Origin: Crocinitomicaceae bacterium
Lineage (GTDB): Bacteria; Bacteroidota; Bacteroidia; Flavobacteriales_D; Crocinitomicaceae
Length of the DNA: 59,235 nt
Direction: 5' to 3'
NCBI GenBank assembly: GCA_044341975.1
Contig: JBIIQP010000001.1
Span: 1 to 59,235 of the forward strand
Made by a program: the position numbers and the translations under genes. Below the pieces are notes generated by a model that was given only the letters and a program-made list of their open reading frames with translations, was not told where the DNA came from and ran no database searches. Position 1 is the first letter of the stretch. Every line of letters starts with the position of its first letter. Positions 10,612 to 20,122 of the stretch are shown one piece after another.

Positions 10612-11909
10612 CAGTTAAAAATCAATTTCTTTACCAAAGTGTATCCACTCTTATCAGTAAGCTTTAGAATATATGTTCCTGACTGCAAATTGCCTCTTCT
10701 AAGCGTATAGCCGTCTGACAAAACATTTTCGTTCACTAATTTTCTTCCAGCAAAATCATACAGTTCAATGTTCATATTCAAGGTCGCTCCCCACTTTACC
10801 TGCACATCATTCTTAGCAGGGTTTGGATAAACCAACAATTTCATTTCTTTGTTTTCAGCCAATCCTGATGTAGCACATACCTCATTAACTGCTGATTCAT
10901 TACAGTAATTGATAGCATAAAGTGTAGCAGTTTCCAACCACGCATTTTCAGGTTGTAGCACTGCATCTGTACAACCAAGTTGCTTTATTAAAAAATCTCT
11001 GAAGAAATTAACCGTTGTGTCCATATAAGCAGCACTACTCGCATAAGGGACATGTGGCGCACCTTTGAACGTATAAAATTGATTTTCAACACCAACTGCA
11101 CATGCCCTTTCGTGAATCATTCTGCTTCCATCAAGATAAATTATCGGAATACCTGGGTTAACAATACCACGATTATATTTTACCGTTCCATCATTCGTGC
11201 CATGAACAGAGGCAATTGGAACATCACCTGCTTCTAACCAGCTGTAACGAGCTAAGGCCCCGCATCCATTTAATACTCCACGAACTTTTGATGAGTACCC
11301 GGGATTTCCACTGGTGCCCTCTAAGCCACCCAACTGGGTGATTGTGGCCTGACTAAGGTAGTCAGAAACCTCACATTCTTGATTTAGATATGCTAAATGA
11401 AGAGCAGTTATAGCTCCTGCGGAACTTCCCCCTACATAAATATTGTTGGTATCAATTTTATATGTATCCGTCGTTTTTTTATCTTTATAGAAAAAGCGCA
11501 CTGCTGCACGTAAATCTTGCACTGCTCGAACTACTGCCTTAATGGCATTCGCAGAATCAAACGCGTTACCTAATCTATAATCAATAGAGGCTGTTACATA
11601 TCCTTTTTTAGCAAAACGCTGACACATTGTAACCATATCCCCATCCGTTTTAGTTCCAAAAAGGAAACTTCCTCCATGAACAAAAATTACAAGGGGTCTT
11701 TTTGTTACAGTGTCCCCCGCTGGTTGGTAAACATCAAGTTTTAAAGTATTAGATGCCCCATTCCATGACGTGTTTTCACCATAGACAATATTACTTTCCG
11801 TTGTGAAGTTAGTAAACACATCAGTAGCATATCTTCCAGTAGAACATGGTGATTGCGCCCAAATGGTTACAGCAATTAAACAGCTAAATATTAAAGTGAT
11901 TTTTTTCAT
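10611..11909 (-). CDS. Secreted alpha/beta-hydrolase (carboxylesterase/lipase-type) with a T9SS type-A C-terminal sorting domain
   Basis: 432 aa with a signal peptide. It has the oxyanion motif 'FVHGGSF', the nucleophile elbow 'GGSSAGA' and a C-terminal 'LLVYPNPAKNDVQV...GTYILKLTD...KKLIFN' CTD. Confidence 0.8.
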   Translation of the reverse strand: MKKITLIFSCLIAVTIWAQSPCSTGRYATDVFTNFTTESNIVYGENTSWNGASNTLKLDVYQPAGDTVTKRPLVIFVHGGSFLFGTKTDGDMVTMCQRFAKKGYVTASIDYRLGNAFDSANAIKAVVRAVQDLRAAVRFFYKDKKTTDTYKIDTNNIYVGGSSAGAITALHLAYLNQECEVSDYLSQATITQLGGLEGTSGNPGYSSKVRGVLNGCGALARYSWLEAGDVPIASVHGTNDGTVKYNRGIVNPGIPIIYLDGSRMIHERACAVGVENQFYTFKGAPHVPYASSAAYMDTTVNFFRDFLIKQLGCTDAVLQPENAWLETATLYAINYCNESAVNEVCATSGLAENKEMKLLVYPNPAKNDVQVKWGATLNMNIELYDFAGRKLVNENVLSDGYTLRRGNLQSGTYILKLTDKSGYTLVKKLIFN

Positions 11910-11920
11910 AATTATTAGAT

Positions 11921-13219
11921 TTAGGGAAATAAAGTTGCATTGAACGCATTAGAATTCAACTGTGGAATGCGGGATTTATAGTTAAGATTTATTGATTTTA
12001 TAAATTCATTTGCCAACAAAGCATTTCCTTTGGCATTAAAGTGGATTGCATCAATAGAATAGGCACCACCAGAAACAAATTTAGCACTCATTGAAACGCC
12101 GTTGTATGTAAAGCCCGGTTTTAAGTTAGAACAAAATTCATCCACCCTAACCAGGGCTAAATTGTATTGGTTTGCAATTGAAATTATCGCATTATTGTAT
12201 TGAGCTAACCTAGTTCTAAGCAGTTGGATTTCAGATTGGTCTAACACAAACTCATCACGAATTGGAACAAAAACCCCCATTAGATTGCATTTAACAGAAT
12301 CAAGCGGTAGACTTAATAACATTAATTCATTTGGTTGTACTTGACGCTGAAAAAATTCATTAGCAGTTGAATCAACAATCAGAAATGGATTACTCCCCTC
12401 TGAATAATAGAACAGGGGATTAAAATTAGAATTCAATAATGCAGTATTTGCTGCATCCAATGTTAGTCCATTCCAAGGAATTGTATTGAAATAAGGCATT
12501 TCTGTCACATCAGGAATCGTTGCCAATACTCCCTTTGCTCCTGATGAAATAAGCTCCTCGACAACAGCCGTATAATCCGATTGAAATTCTAATACTGTTG
12601 GTAATGTTTGATCTTTTCCCCCCGCCTTTGCGTAGGCCATAACATCATCCAAGCCTAAAAATAAGGAGAAAAAAGTTGGATTTTGCGCCATGGCATCTTC
12701 CATTACTGAGGCAGAAATGGCGGATTTCATTCGGTTGAAATAATTGTTTTGAGCGGCATAATTTGCAGTAAACGCATCGCTCACTTTTAAACCAGGCACA
12801 CCATAGTTTCCAAAGTGGGAATTGGCATTGTACAAGTTATCAGACCATATTGACAGATCTCCCGTCGCTGCAACCCGCAAGGGAGATAGTGATGCTACAT
12901 TTTCACAATCTGTTTTGTATCCTAATTTTAATTTTGAAAGTCCATTAAGATTCACCCCCACAGAGTTCGCACTAACCAGTGGCTGATAAAAACTTCCTCC
13001 GCCTACTTTTTCCAATTGACCAGCAATCAAATTGGCCAAGGAATTTTCCTGGCCATCAAAGTACAATGCATCATCCATGTAACCCGCGGTGTGGGCGCCA
13101 CCTACCATAACAAAACGAGTAGGATTGATTTCTCCCGCCGACATTTCCGGTTCTTCAAATTTCGGTTTACAGGAAGTGATTCCTAAACCAATAAATGCGA
13201 TTAAAAAATAATATTTCAT
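11921..13219 (-). CDS. SGNH/GDSL-fold lipoprotein (block I nucleophile apparently not conserved)
   Basis: 432 aa with lipobox 'LGITSC'. The GDSL-like blocks are 'VMVGGAHTAGY' (block I position), 'FLGLDDV' and 'DAIHFNAKGNALLANEF' (DxxH block). A 7-nt gap separates it from fadL-like upstream and an 11-nt gap from the esterase downstream. Confidence 0.55.
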   Translation of the reverse strand: MKYYFLIAFIGLGITSCKPKFEEPEMSAGEINPTRFVMVGGAHTAGYMDDALYFDGQENSLANLIAGQLEKVGGGSFYQPLVSANSVGVNLNGLSKLKLGYKTDCENVASLSPLRVAATGDLSIWSDNLYNANSHFGNYGVPGLKVSDAFTANYAAQNNYFNRMKSAISASVMEDAMAQNPTFFSLFLGLDDVMAYAKAGGKDQTLPTVLEFQSDYTAVVEELISSGAKGVLATIPDVTEMPYFNTIPWNGLTLDAANTALLNSNFNPLFYYSEGSNPFLIVDSTANEFFQRQVQPNELMLLSLPLDSVKCNLMGVFVPIRDEFVLDQSEIQLLRTRLAQYNNAIISIANQYNLALVRVDEFCSNLKPGFTYNGVSMSAKFVSGGAYSIDAIHFNAKGNALLANEFIKSINLNYKSRIPQLNSNAFNATLFP

Positions 13220-13226
13220 ACGTTTA

Positions 13227-14450
13227 TTACCATTTATAAACCAAAGAAAAGCCTGGTGCTATTGCCTTTGTGGTGAATGTACCTGCTAGATTTGTTTCTA
13301 AATTTCTGTCGCCGCGTTTTATTTGGGTATAATACACTGATACATCCATTGAAAAATGTTCTCCGAATCGGTATGTCCAACCGAAAGTATAGTACGCTCT
13401 GTTTTTGTCGGGTGTTTCTGGGGTTACATACCCATTTTGAACTGGAGAAAACCCGTATCCACCACCTAAACGCACATCCATTTCTTCCATTACGCGATAG
13501 GAAAATCCACCTCTAAAGGCAAAAATATCTTTGTAATTCCTTGCCGATTTTGTATCCGCTAAGGAAGCCGTGTTTTGTTCGTAATCAAACGCCAACATGT
13601 CATAGGCCTTCCACCCAACATGATTAATATCGAGCACTGCAGCAAATTTTTCTGACGGTGTGAATGCCAATCCCACTGTCGTTACGCTTGGCAATGGCAA
13701 AGAAGAGGTGAACTTCCCAGAGGGGAAATTTGGCTCCAATGAGCTTGGCACGGTAAAAGTTGCATATCCATTATTGAGGTTCATGTTTACTTGGGATCGA
13801 TAGGTCAAACCAAGCGCCAACTGTTCTGAAAGTTTAGCATGAATTCCTGCATTAAAGCCATACCCAATTGCTTTACCGGAAAGCTCAACATGAGCATAAG
13901 ATCCATCTGCAAATTGCACTGGAATATCCTTTTGCAAATTCACATTGCCAGTTGTTAAGATTGGTCCGCCACCAATACTCACATAATCATTGAAACGAAA
14001 AGAAAGTGTTGGTTGTATAAATATTGCTTTTAATTCAAGTCTGGTAAGGGCAAAGCGACCAATCCAGCCGTCCTCGTATTGCACTGTGCTGCCAAATGGC
14101 GTGTAAACGGCGATACCGTATTTTAAGCGCGCCTCTTTTTTACACTGAAAAAGGCCATACGCCGAAAAAGGGGTGCCGGTAGGTGAATTTGTTCTGTAGC
14201 CTTGTCCGGTAGCAGAATCCACATACAATACATTTGCTAAAACACCCGTCATTGCAACATTTACTGAATTTTCATTGGAGAAACCTGCCGAACCCGGATT
14301 GTAAAAAAGACTAGCCCCATCCTGAAAAAGTGCCGTTCCAGCACAGCCCATTCCCTGTTGTTTCTGACCTTGGAAATTCACCTGAAAACCTTGTGAAAAT
14401 AGCGCTTGTGAAAAGATAAAACCCGATAAAGCGAGTAAAAGTTTTAGCAT
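13227..14450 (-). CDS. fadL: Outer-membrane transport protein, OMPP1/FadL/TodX family
   Basis: 407 aa with a signal peptide. The N-terminal 'GFQVNFQGQKQQGMGCAGTA' and the C-terminal beta-barrel ending 'GFSLVYKW' are typical of FadL-type hydrophobic-substrate channels. Confidence 0.8.
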   Translation of the reverse strand: MLKLLLALSGFIFSQALFSQGFQVNFQGQKQQGMGCAGTALFQDGASLFYNPGSAGFSNENSVNVAMTGVLANVLYVDSATGQGYRTNSPTGTPFSAYGLFQCKKEARLKYGIAVYTPFGSTVQYEDGWIGRFALTRLELKAIFIQPTLSFRFNDYVSIGGGPILTTGNVNLQKDIPVQFADGSYAHVELSGKAIGYGFNAGIHAKLSEQLALGLTYRSQVNMNLNNGYATFTVPSSLEPNFPSGKFTSSLPLPSVTTVGLAFTPSEKFAAVLDINHVGWKAYDMLAFDYEQNTASLADTKSARNYKDIFAFRGGFSYRVMEEMDVRLGGGYGFSPVQNGYVTPETPDKNRAYYTFGWTYRFGEHFSMDVSVYYTQIKRGDRNLETNLAGTFTTKAIAPGFSLVYKW

Positions 14451-14582
14451 AGTTTAGTTTTAGCAACACTTCGAATGTATGAATTTAATTTGAAAATCTT
14501 CAATGGGCCGAAGCAAAACAAGTTTAAAAAGTCCAGCATCAGTTATTATTTAAGGTAGTTACGCTTCATCAATAAAATCCGC

Positions 14583-17500
14583 TTATTGCCTTTCAACCGA
14601 TAATTTTATTCTTTCAAATGAGGTTTCTGTGTAAATTGTTAAGATGTACATCCCCGTTTGAATTGTATCCAGGTCAACCTTGTTTTTACCTGAATTGAAT
14701 TTATCCTCGAGCACCATCTTTCCATTCATGTCTTGCAAAATATACGTTCCGTTTGCTTTACTTTCAATAAAGATCTCTGATGAGGCAGGATTTGGATAAA
14801 TATGGCATTTATCCTGAAGAGCCTGTGTGATTCCGAGCGTGGAAATTTCGTAACATTCACTTGTTTCAGTACAACCATTCTGAGTCACTTGCAAAGCATA
14901 ATTTCCACTTTCAGATACCGTGAAAGAAACGCCGTTCTCACCAATTAACGGAGCATTTGAATTTCCACAATCAATCCATTGATAGGAAACGTCCGGATTC
15001 GTATTCTGTGCCGTAAGCGTAAACCCGCTTACGGAAACTGAAGCCTCTAATGGGGTGATATTTATATTTTGATAGACAAGCACATAATTACCATTTCCAT
15101 CATCGAATGTCCACATAACAATCGTGGTTCCAGGTGCGGTAACCGGAAAAACGGTAGTAGTGGCGCCAGTGATCAACCCAGTGCAATTATCGGTTGTAGT
15201 AGGAGGAGATAATATCACCTCACAATTGGCCGTTACGTTTTCCAAAACCGGTGTTTCGGGCTCAGTAAAGTCATTAATGATCACTTGTTGATTTACCGAA
15301 GAACTATTTCCATTTCCATCATCAAAGACCCAAATCACTGTATGGATACCCTGCTCCGTTATAGGAAATGGTGTTGTCGTTGCACCAACAATGTTGCCTG
15401 AACAATTATCCGATGCTACAGGCGCGACCAATGTCACCGAACACTCTTCAATTATTGTTAAAACTGTTGGAGTGGACGGTGCTGTGACATCGTCCAACAC
15501 CACATTCTGCGTTTGGGTTGAAACATTGCCATTGCCATCGTCAAAAGTCCAAGTCACTAAATGAATCCCTTCTGATGTTATTGGAAATAGCGCTGTTGTT
15601 GAGCCCGTAATGACTGCTCCACAATTATCTGTTGCTGTAGGAGATTCAATGGAATTAATTGAACACTCTCCCAAAACATCCGGCAGAGTAGCTAAATCAG
15701 GTAACGGCGGCGTGACATCATCCAAGATCACATTCTGCGTTTGGACAGAAACATTACCCTTACCATCGTCAAAAGTCCAGGTCACTAAATGTGTTCCTTG
15801 TGTGCTGATTGGAAATGATGCGGTTGTCATACCAGTAATGAGCGCTCCACAATTGTCTGTTGCTGTGGGAGCTTCAATGGAATTAATTGAACACTCTCCC
15901 AAAACATCCGGCAGGGTCGCGATATCTGGAACAGGTGCATTTACATCATCCAACACCACATTCTGCGTTTGGGTTGAAACATTTCCATTCCCATCGTCAA
16001 ATGTCCAAGTGACTATATGAGTTCCTTGTGTGCTGATTGGAAATGATGCGGCTGTCATACCAGTAATGAGCGCTCCACAATTGTCTGTTGCTGTGGGAGC
16101 TTCAATGGAATTAACTGAACAGTCTCCTAAAACATCCGGCAGGGTCGCGATATCCGGAACCGGTGCGGTGACGTCATCCAAAATCACATTCTGTGTCTGG
16201 GTGGAAACATTACCACTTCCGTCATCAAAACTCCACGTTACTAGGGTAGCTCCCTGAGTGGTAACAGGAAAAATGGTGGTTGTGGTTCCCGTGATAGCAC
16301 CTGCGCAATTGTCCGTGGCAGTGGGGGGTGATAAACTATTGACAGAACATTCACCTATTACGTCAGGCAAAGAGACCACATCAGGTTTTGGCGCCACATC
16401 TACCACCGTGACCTCTTGCTGACACGTCGTGGTATTACCACCACTGTCGGTGGCTGTCCATGTCACAACGGTTGTACCTATCGGAAATAATTGAGGGGCA
16501 TTGTTCGTCGTTATTGTGCCGTCAAAATTATCCGTAAAATAGGGACTCCCAAGATCCATTTGACCTTGATAAATAACATAAACCCTGGCATATCCCTGAA
16601 AAACAGCGGGATTCTCTACAAATCCCAATATCGAACTTCCCGGCAAATCGATTGTGACAGAATTTATGCCCCCAACATTATAATTTTCAATAGAAAGTGT
16701 TTGATAGGAAACAACAGGATCACATGTGCCAATGTAATCAATGTCAGAACCAGAATTGTATACACCATTCTGTACCCCATTGAATGTGGCATTCAATTCG
16801 AGTCCGGCCTCGTTGTATCCTTCAATGTATTCAATGTAAACAGAGGTGGGCGCTTCGGAACCAAGATCCGACCATGAAATTCCAATGGAATCATTAAAAT
16901 ACACCTGTGGATATCCCGGATAGCAGGCGTCCGTCGAGGTAAAATTTGGCCCCGACAATTGTGCAAGAGGAATATCGTAAATCACTGTTCTATTGACCTT
17001 GGCACCACAAAATTCGTCAGAAGAGTTGACCGTAATGTCTGGGGCACAATAATTGAGCTCAGGCGGGGGATCCCCAGAAATTATGATTTGTGGCGACCAA
17101 GCACTAACATCCGTTCCACAAACTGAAGCAACAAATACATAATAACTTGTATTTGCGTTAAGACCAGTTACTACTACTGAAGTTGTGCCTGCGGCAACTG
17201 TTCCTGTTGGTGTAGCACCAACTGCTGGAGATCCAGCTGAAGTAGATACAAAATATTGGTATCCGTTATCAGGAGCTGGAGATGGGGCTGTCCATGAAAC
17301 AGTGACACTAGTTGCTGTTAAATAAGAAGTAGCAAAAGTTGTTGGAGGTAAACAGGTATCGGTAATAACATTGAGAGTATAATCTTCAAAAGATCCCCAT
17401 ACATCATTGCTGCATGGTACTGCAGACTCGTCAGGTTGTCCACCAATTCTCATTCTATGAGCACCTGGCGGAGCTGTTAATGGCACAGTAAATGTTGCCG

Positions 17501-19649
17501 TTAAAGTTGTTGGATCTGCTGCTAAAGAAGTACCTACATAAACTTCTTCTCCAACATCGTTAAAGTCTAAATCATCATTCCAGTCAACCCAAATTTTAGT
17601 ATTGTAAGGGTAACCGGTAGAATAAGTTATTACTAAGGTCGCTGTGGTTGCTTGAGTGACGTTATTTGACTGCGCAGAATAATTACCATAGTTTCCTGGT
17701 TCAGCTCCTGTGGTATTATAAATTGTACCAAAATCAACATTTGTAATTCCTGTTCCATCAACATAGAGAGGCGCAGGAATGCAATAACCAGTATAGAGTG
17801 TCACACTGTTAGACCACGAACTCACCGTTGACCCACAAACGGAAGCAACAAAAACGTAATATGTGGTATTTGGAATTAATCCTGTAAGTACTAAACTTGT
17901 AACACCTGCCGCAACAGTTCCGGTTGGAGTTGCTCCAGCAGCGATTTCATTAGAAAGTTCACCTGGAAAACCAGATGTTGTTGAGACGATATATTGGTAC
18001 CCATTCTCTGGTAAAGGAGTAGGAGCTGTCCAAGAGACCGTTACTCCAGTTGTTGTTAATGAAGAAGTAACCAAAGCTGTTGGAGGAAAACACGAAGGAA
18101 CATCAACAACATTAAAAGTAAAGTCAACAAATTCAGCCTGAATTAATGAGGCACAGGGGTTTGTTGGATTTGATGAATTTTTATCCGCTACTACTCTCAT
18201 TCGATAAGAACCGTTTGGAGTTCCAACAGGAACGATGAATGAACAGTTTGCAGATGTAGCATATGATGTCGTGTTAAAAACCCTTTCGATTGTTTCAAAA
18301 ACAAAGTTATTGTTCCAATCAATCCAAACAGCGAATCCTGCTGAACTAGCAACCATAACACTATCAACAATGTAGCCATAAGATGCTGTAATTGCTAGAT
18401 CGGTTGTTGCTCCTGCATAGTTGCTAGCCGTAAAGTTTCCAAATAGGTTGCGGTAACCCCCTATTCCATAATTAGAAGTGTAAGAAAAGTTTGAGACACA
18501 TGATAAAGTGTGAAAAGCAGATATCCAAAATGGGTTGTCGTTATCTGGTGGCTGAGGCGAGCAATATGCTGTATAAAAACTAGATACAACAGACCAATTA
18601 CTTAAATTTCCTGAGCCACAATTGGAACGAACCCAGACATAATAGCTGGTACTGTCTGTTAACCCAGCGAGAGAAACAGAAGTTGACGTTGTTGATCCAG
18701 TTGGAGAAGTTCCAACAGTTGGAGCAGTATTTACAGTTGACACAAAATAATCATATCCAGAAGAGGCAGACGCTGAAGCGTTCCATGAAAAATTAGCATC
18801 AGTTAAAGAGATAACTGTTGATGATAATCCTTCCGGAGTAAAACATGTATGAGGTGTCCATTCGTAAATCTTACCATTTGTATGAGTTCCTGGGGTAGCG
18901 TTAAGACTTGAAAAAGATTGGATACTTGTATTGGCTATTCCCGAAGTACTTGAATTGATCGATAAGGTTGTACCATTTTGTCTATTATTCACATTCGTTG
19001 GAAATAGATTGGATGAACCCCTCAAACCAACCTGCCGCTGAGCATTAATTTCTCCTCCACCTATTATATGAGACGAAGGGCCATAAACCACACGGATAAC
19101 GTTAGATGTTTCTAACAATCTGATTTGAAAATCTAGTACTGCAGTATTTGTTGTAGAAAGAGAGTAAGCTGGACGAAAATCTTTCCACTGTATTACTATT
19201 TCTCTATTTGGGAAGGTGCCTTCAACTGCCCATGAAATTGTACTAGTTCTACCTTCCAAACTAAAAACACCGTTCAAATCCCCCCCCCAAGCAGCAACGG
19301 CACCGTCATAGGTAGCGGTATCACTTAGTGGAGAATTATTTGTTCCCAAGGGTGCTATTGAACCAAACGTAATAAATCCATTTGACGACACATAAATTTG
19401 ATTGTAAGGCACGCCATTGAAAGAAAAAGCAAATGGCAAGGCATTTAAATTATAAACCTCTGCATCAAGCGAAGGTGTTCCTCCCTCATTTCCCGTTGTT
19501 GTTCCTAAAACAGTACTAGAAGTTAATTCTGTATAGGTCCCTGATAACTGTGCAAACGAATACTCACTAACTTGAGCATGAATTCTCAAACTTACTGTTG
19601 TGAGACCAAACGCTGCAACCACAGATAAAAGTAATCTTCTTTTTTTCAT
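14583..19649 (-). CDS. Large T9SS type-A cargo with 3 x (FN3-like + GEVED-like) units, 6 HYR-like repeats and a C-terminal sorting domain
   Basis: The ORF track gives 1733 aa from 19784. The internal ATG at 19649 (MKKRRLLLSVVAAFGLTTVSLRIHAQ) gives a canonical signal peptide, so 1688 aa is preferred. FN3-like 'SWTAP.P.P.NGYQY.VS...Y.V.V.S.CG' occurs three times. GEVED-like ends are 'FVDFTFNV' and 'FEDYTLNV'. The CTD reads 'HIYPNPASSEIFIE...GMYILTIYTE'. Confidence 0.85.
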   Translation of the reverse strand: MKKRRLLLSVVAAFGLTTVSLRIHAQVSEYSFAQLSGTYTELTSSTVLGTTTGNEGGTPSLDAEVYNLNALPFAFSFNGVPYNQIYVSSNGFITFGSIAPLGTNNSPLSDTATYDGAVAAWGGDLNGVFSLEGRTSTISWAVEGTFPNREIVIQWKDFRPAYSLSTTNTAVLDFQIRLLETSNVIRVVYGPSSHIIGGGEINAQRQVGLRGSSNLFPTNVNNRQNGTTLSINSSTSGIANTSIQSFSSLNATPGTHTNGKIYEWTPHTCFTPEGLSSTVISLTDANFSWNASASASSGYDYFVSTVNTAPTVGTSPTGSTTSTSVSLAGLTDSTSYYVWVRSNCGSGNLSNWSVVSSFYTAYCSPQPPDNDNPFWISAFHTLSCVSNFSYTSNYGIGGYRNLFGNFTASNYAGATTDLAITASYGYIVDSVMVASSAGFAVWIDWNNNFVFETIERVFNTTSYATSANCSFIVPVGTPNGSYRMRVVADKNSSNPTNPCASLIQAEFVDFTFNVVDVPSCFPPTALVTSSLTTTGVTVSWTAPTPLPENGYQYIVSTTSGFPGELSNEIAAGATPTGTVAAGVTSLVLTGLIPNTTYYVFVASVCGSTVSSWSNSVTLYTGYCIPAPLYVDGTGITNVDFGTIYNTTGAEPGNYGNYSAQSNNVTQATTATLVITYSTGYPYNTKIWVDWNDDLDFNDVGEEVYVGTSLAADPTTLTATFTVPLTAPPGAHRMRIGGQPDESAVPCSNDVWGSFEDYTLNVITDTCLPPTTFATSYLTATSVTVSWTAPSPAPDNGYQYFVSTSAGSPAVGATPTGTVAAGTTSVVVTGLNANTSYYVFVASVCGTDVSAWSPQIIISGDPPPELNYCAPDITVNSSDEFCGAKVNRTVIYDIPLAQLSGPNFTSTDACYPGYPQVYFNDSIGISWSDLGSEAPTSVYIEYIEGYNEAGLELNATFNGVQNGVYNSGSDIDYIGTCDPVVSYQTLSIENYNVGGINSVTIDLPGSSILGFVENPAVFQGYARVYVIYQGQMDLGSPYFTDNFDGTITTNNAPQLFPIGTTVVTWTATDSGGNTTTCQQEVTVVDVAPKPDVVSLPDVIGECSVNSLSPPTATDNCAGAITGTTTTIFPVTTQGATLVTWSFDDGSGNVSTQTQNVILDDVTAPVPDIATLPDVLGDCSVNSIEAPTATDNCGALITGMTAASFPISTQGTHIVTWTFDDGNGNVSTQTQNVVLDDVNAPVPDIATLPDVLGECSINSIEAPTATDNCGALITGMTTASFPISTQGTHLVTWTFDDGKGNVSVQTQNVILDDVTPPLPDLATLPDVLGECSINSIESPTATDNCGAVITGSTTALFPITSEGIHLVTWTFDDGNGNVSTQTQNVVLDDVTAPSTPTVLTIIEECSVTLVAPVASDNCSGNIVGATTTPFPITEQGIHTVIWVFDDGNGNSSSVNQQVIINDFTEPETPVLENVTANCEVILSPPTTTDNCTGLITGATTTVFPVTAPGTTIVMWTFDDGNGNYVLVYQNINITPLEASVSVSGFTLTAQNTNPDVSYQWIDCGNSNAPLIGENGVSFTVSESGNYALQVTQNGCTETSECYEISTLGITQALQDKCHIYPNPASSEIFIESKANGTYILQDMNGKMVLEDKFNSGKNKVDLDTIQTGMYILTIYTETSFERIKLSVERQ
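15058..16426 (-). repeat. Six tandem in-frame 228-bp (76-aa) HYR-like coding repeats
   Basis: The unit is 'LPDVLGECS.NSIE.PTATDNCG..ITG.T...FPI...G.H.VTWTFDDGNGNVS.QTQNV.LDDV..P'. The central three copies are nearly identical. The 228-bp period is also visible in the antisense shadow ORFs 15610..16020 and 16030..16257. Confidence 0.85.
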
Positions 19650-20122
19650 TATTCTTTGTTTTAATTCTTTAACATTGGTCAATTTTGTCTTAAGCTTGCC
19701 TTTAAAACCTTGAGAATATGATTTTTGAACAAGCGCAGCAAAGAAGAAGAACATTATTACCCGAAAAAACAGCCTGATCTTCATAGTAGTCTATATTATG
19801 ATTGGAACAAAACCGACTTTAGTATAGGATTCAAACTTAACCTTGGCCAGCTAAAACATTTAAGCACAGACGAAATATATAAAAAAAATTTATACCTTTT
19901 TTCATATTAAATAATTATGAAAAATACGCGGCAAAAATAATTGGGGAACAAAGAAAACACCACACAAACTTAATTCTCCTTTAACAATTTTATGATGTAC
20001 GCTTTCGACCTTTGCCAAGATGAAAGTCGCTACTCTGAATTGTCTGTATCCCTTGAAAAGTGAACACATTGTTTTCAGTTATTTGAAAGGAACAAGAAAC
20101 CACCACTTACAATTATTTATTC

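Noticed and set aside
15610-16257. Plus-strand ORFs of 136 aa and 75 aa (15610..16020, 16030..16257) with internally repeated sequence.
   Set aside because: They are antisense shadows of the 228-bp HYR-like coding repeats of the 14583..19649 gene. Their repetition simply mirrors the sense-strand repeats, and they have no start context or recognisable domain.
15058-16426. A regular tandem repeat that could superficially be taken for a CRISPR-like array.
   Set aside because: The period is 228 bp with no short repeat/spacer alternation. It is entirely in frame within a long CDS and encodes a recognisable 76-aa domain. No cas genes are present.
19650-19784. A 45-codon N-terminal extension of the large T9SS gene (ORF-track start at 19784).
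   Set aside because: The internal ATG at 19649 yields a canonical signal peptide (MKKRRLLLSVVAAFGLTTVSLRIHAQ). The extension would bury that peptide behind a second hydrophobic segment, so the shorter model is more likely.
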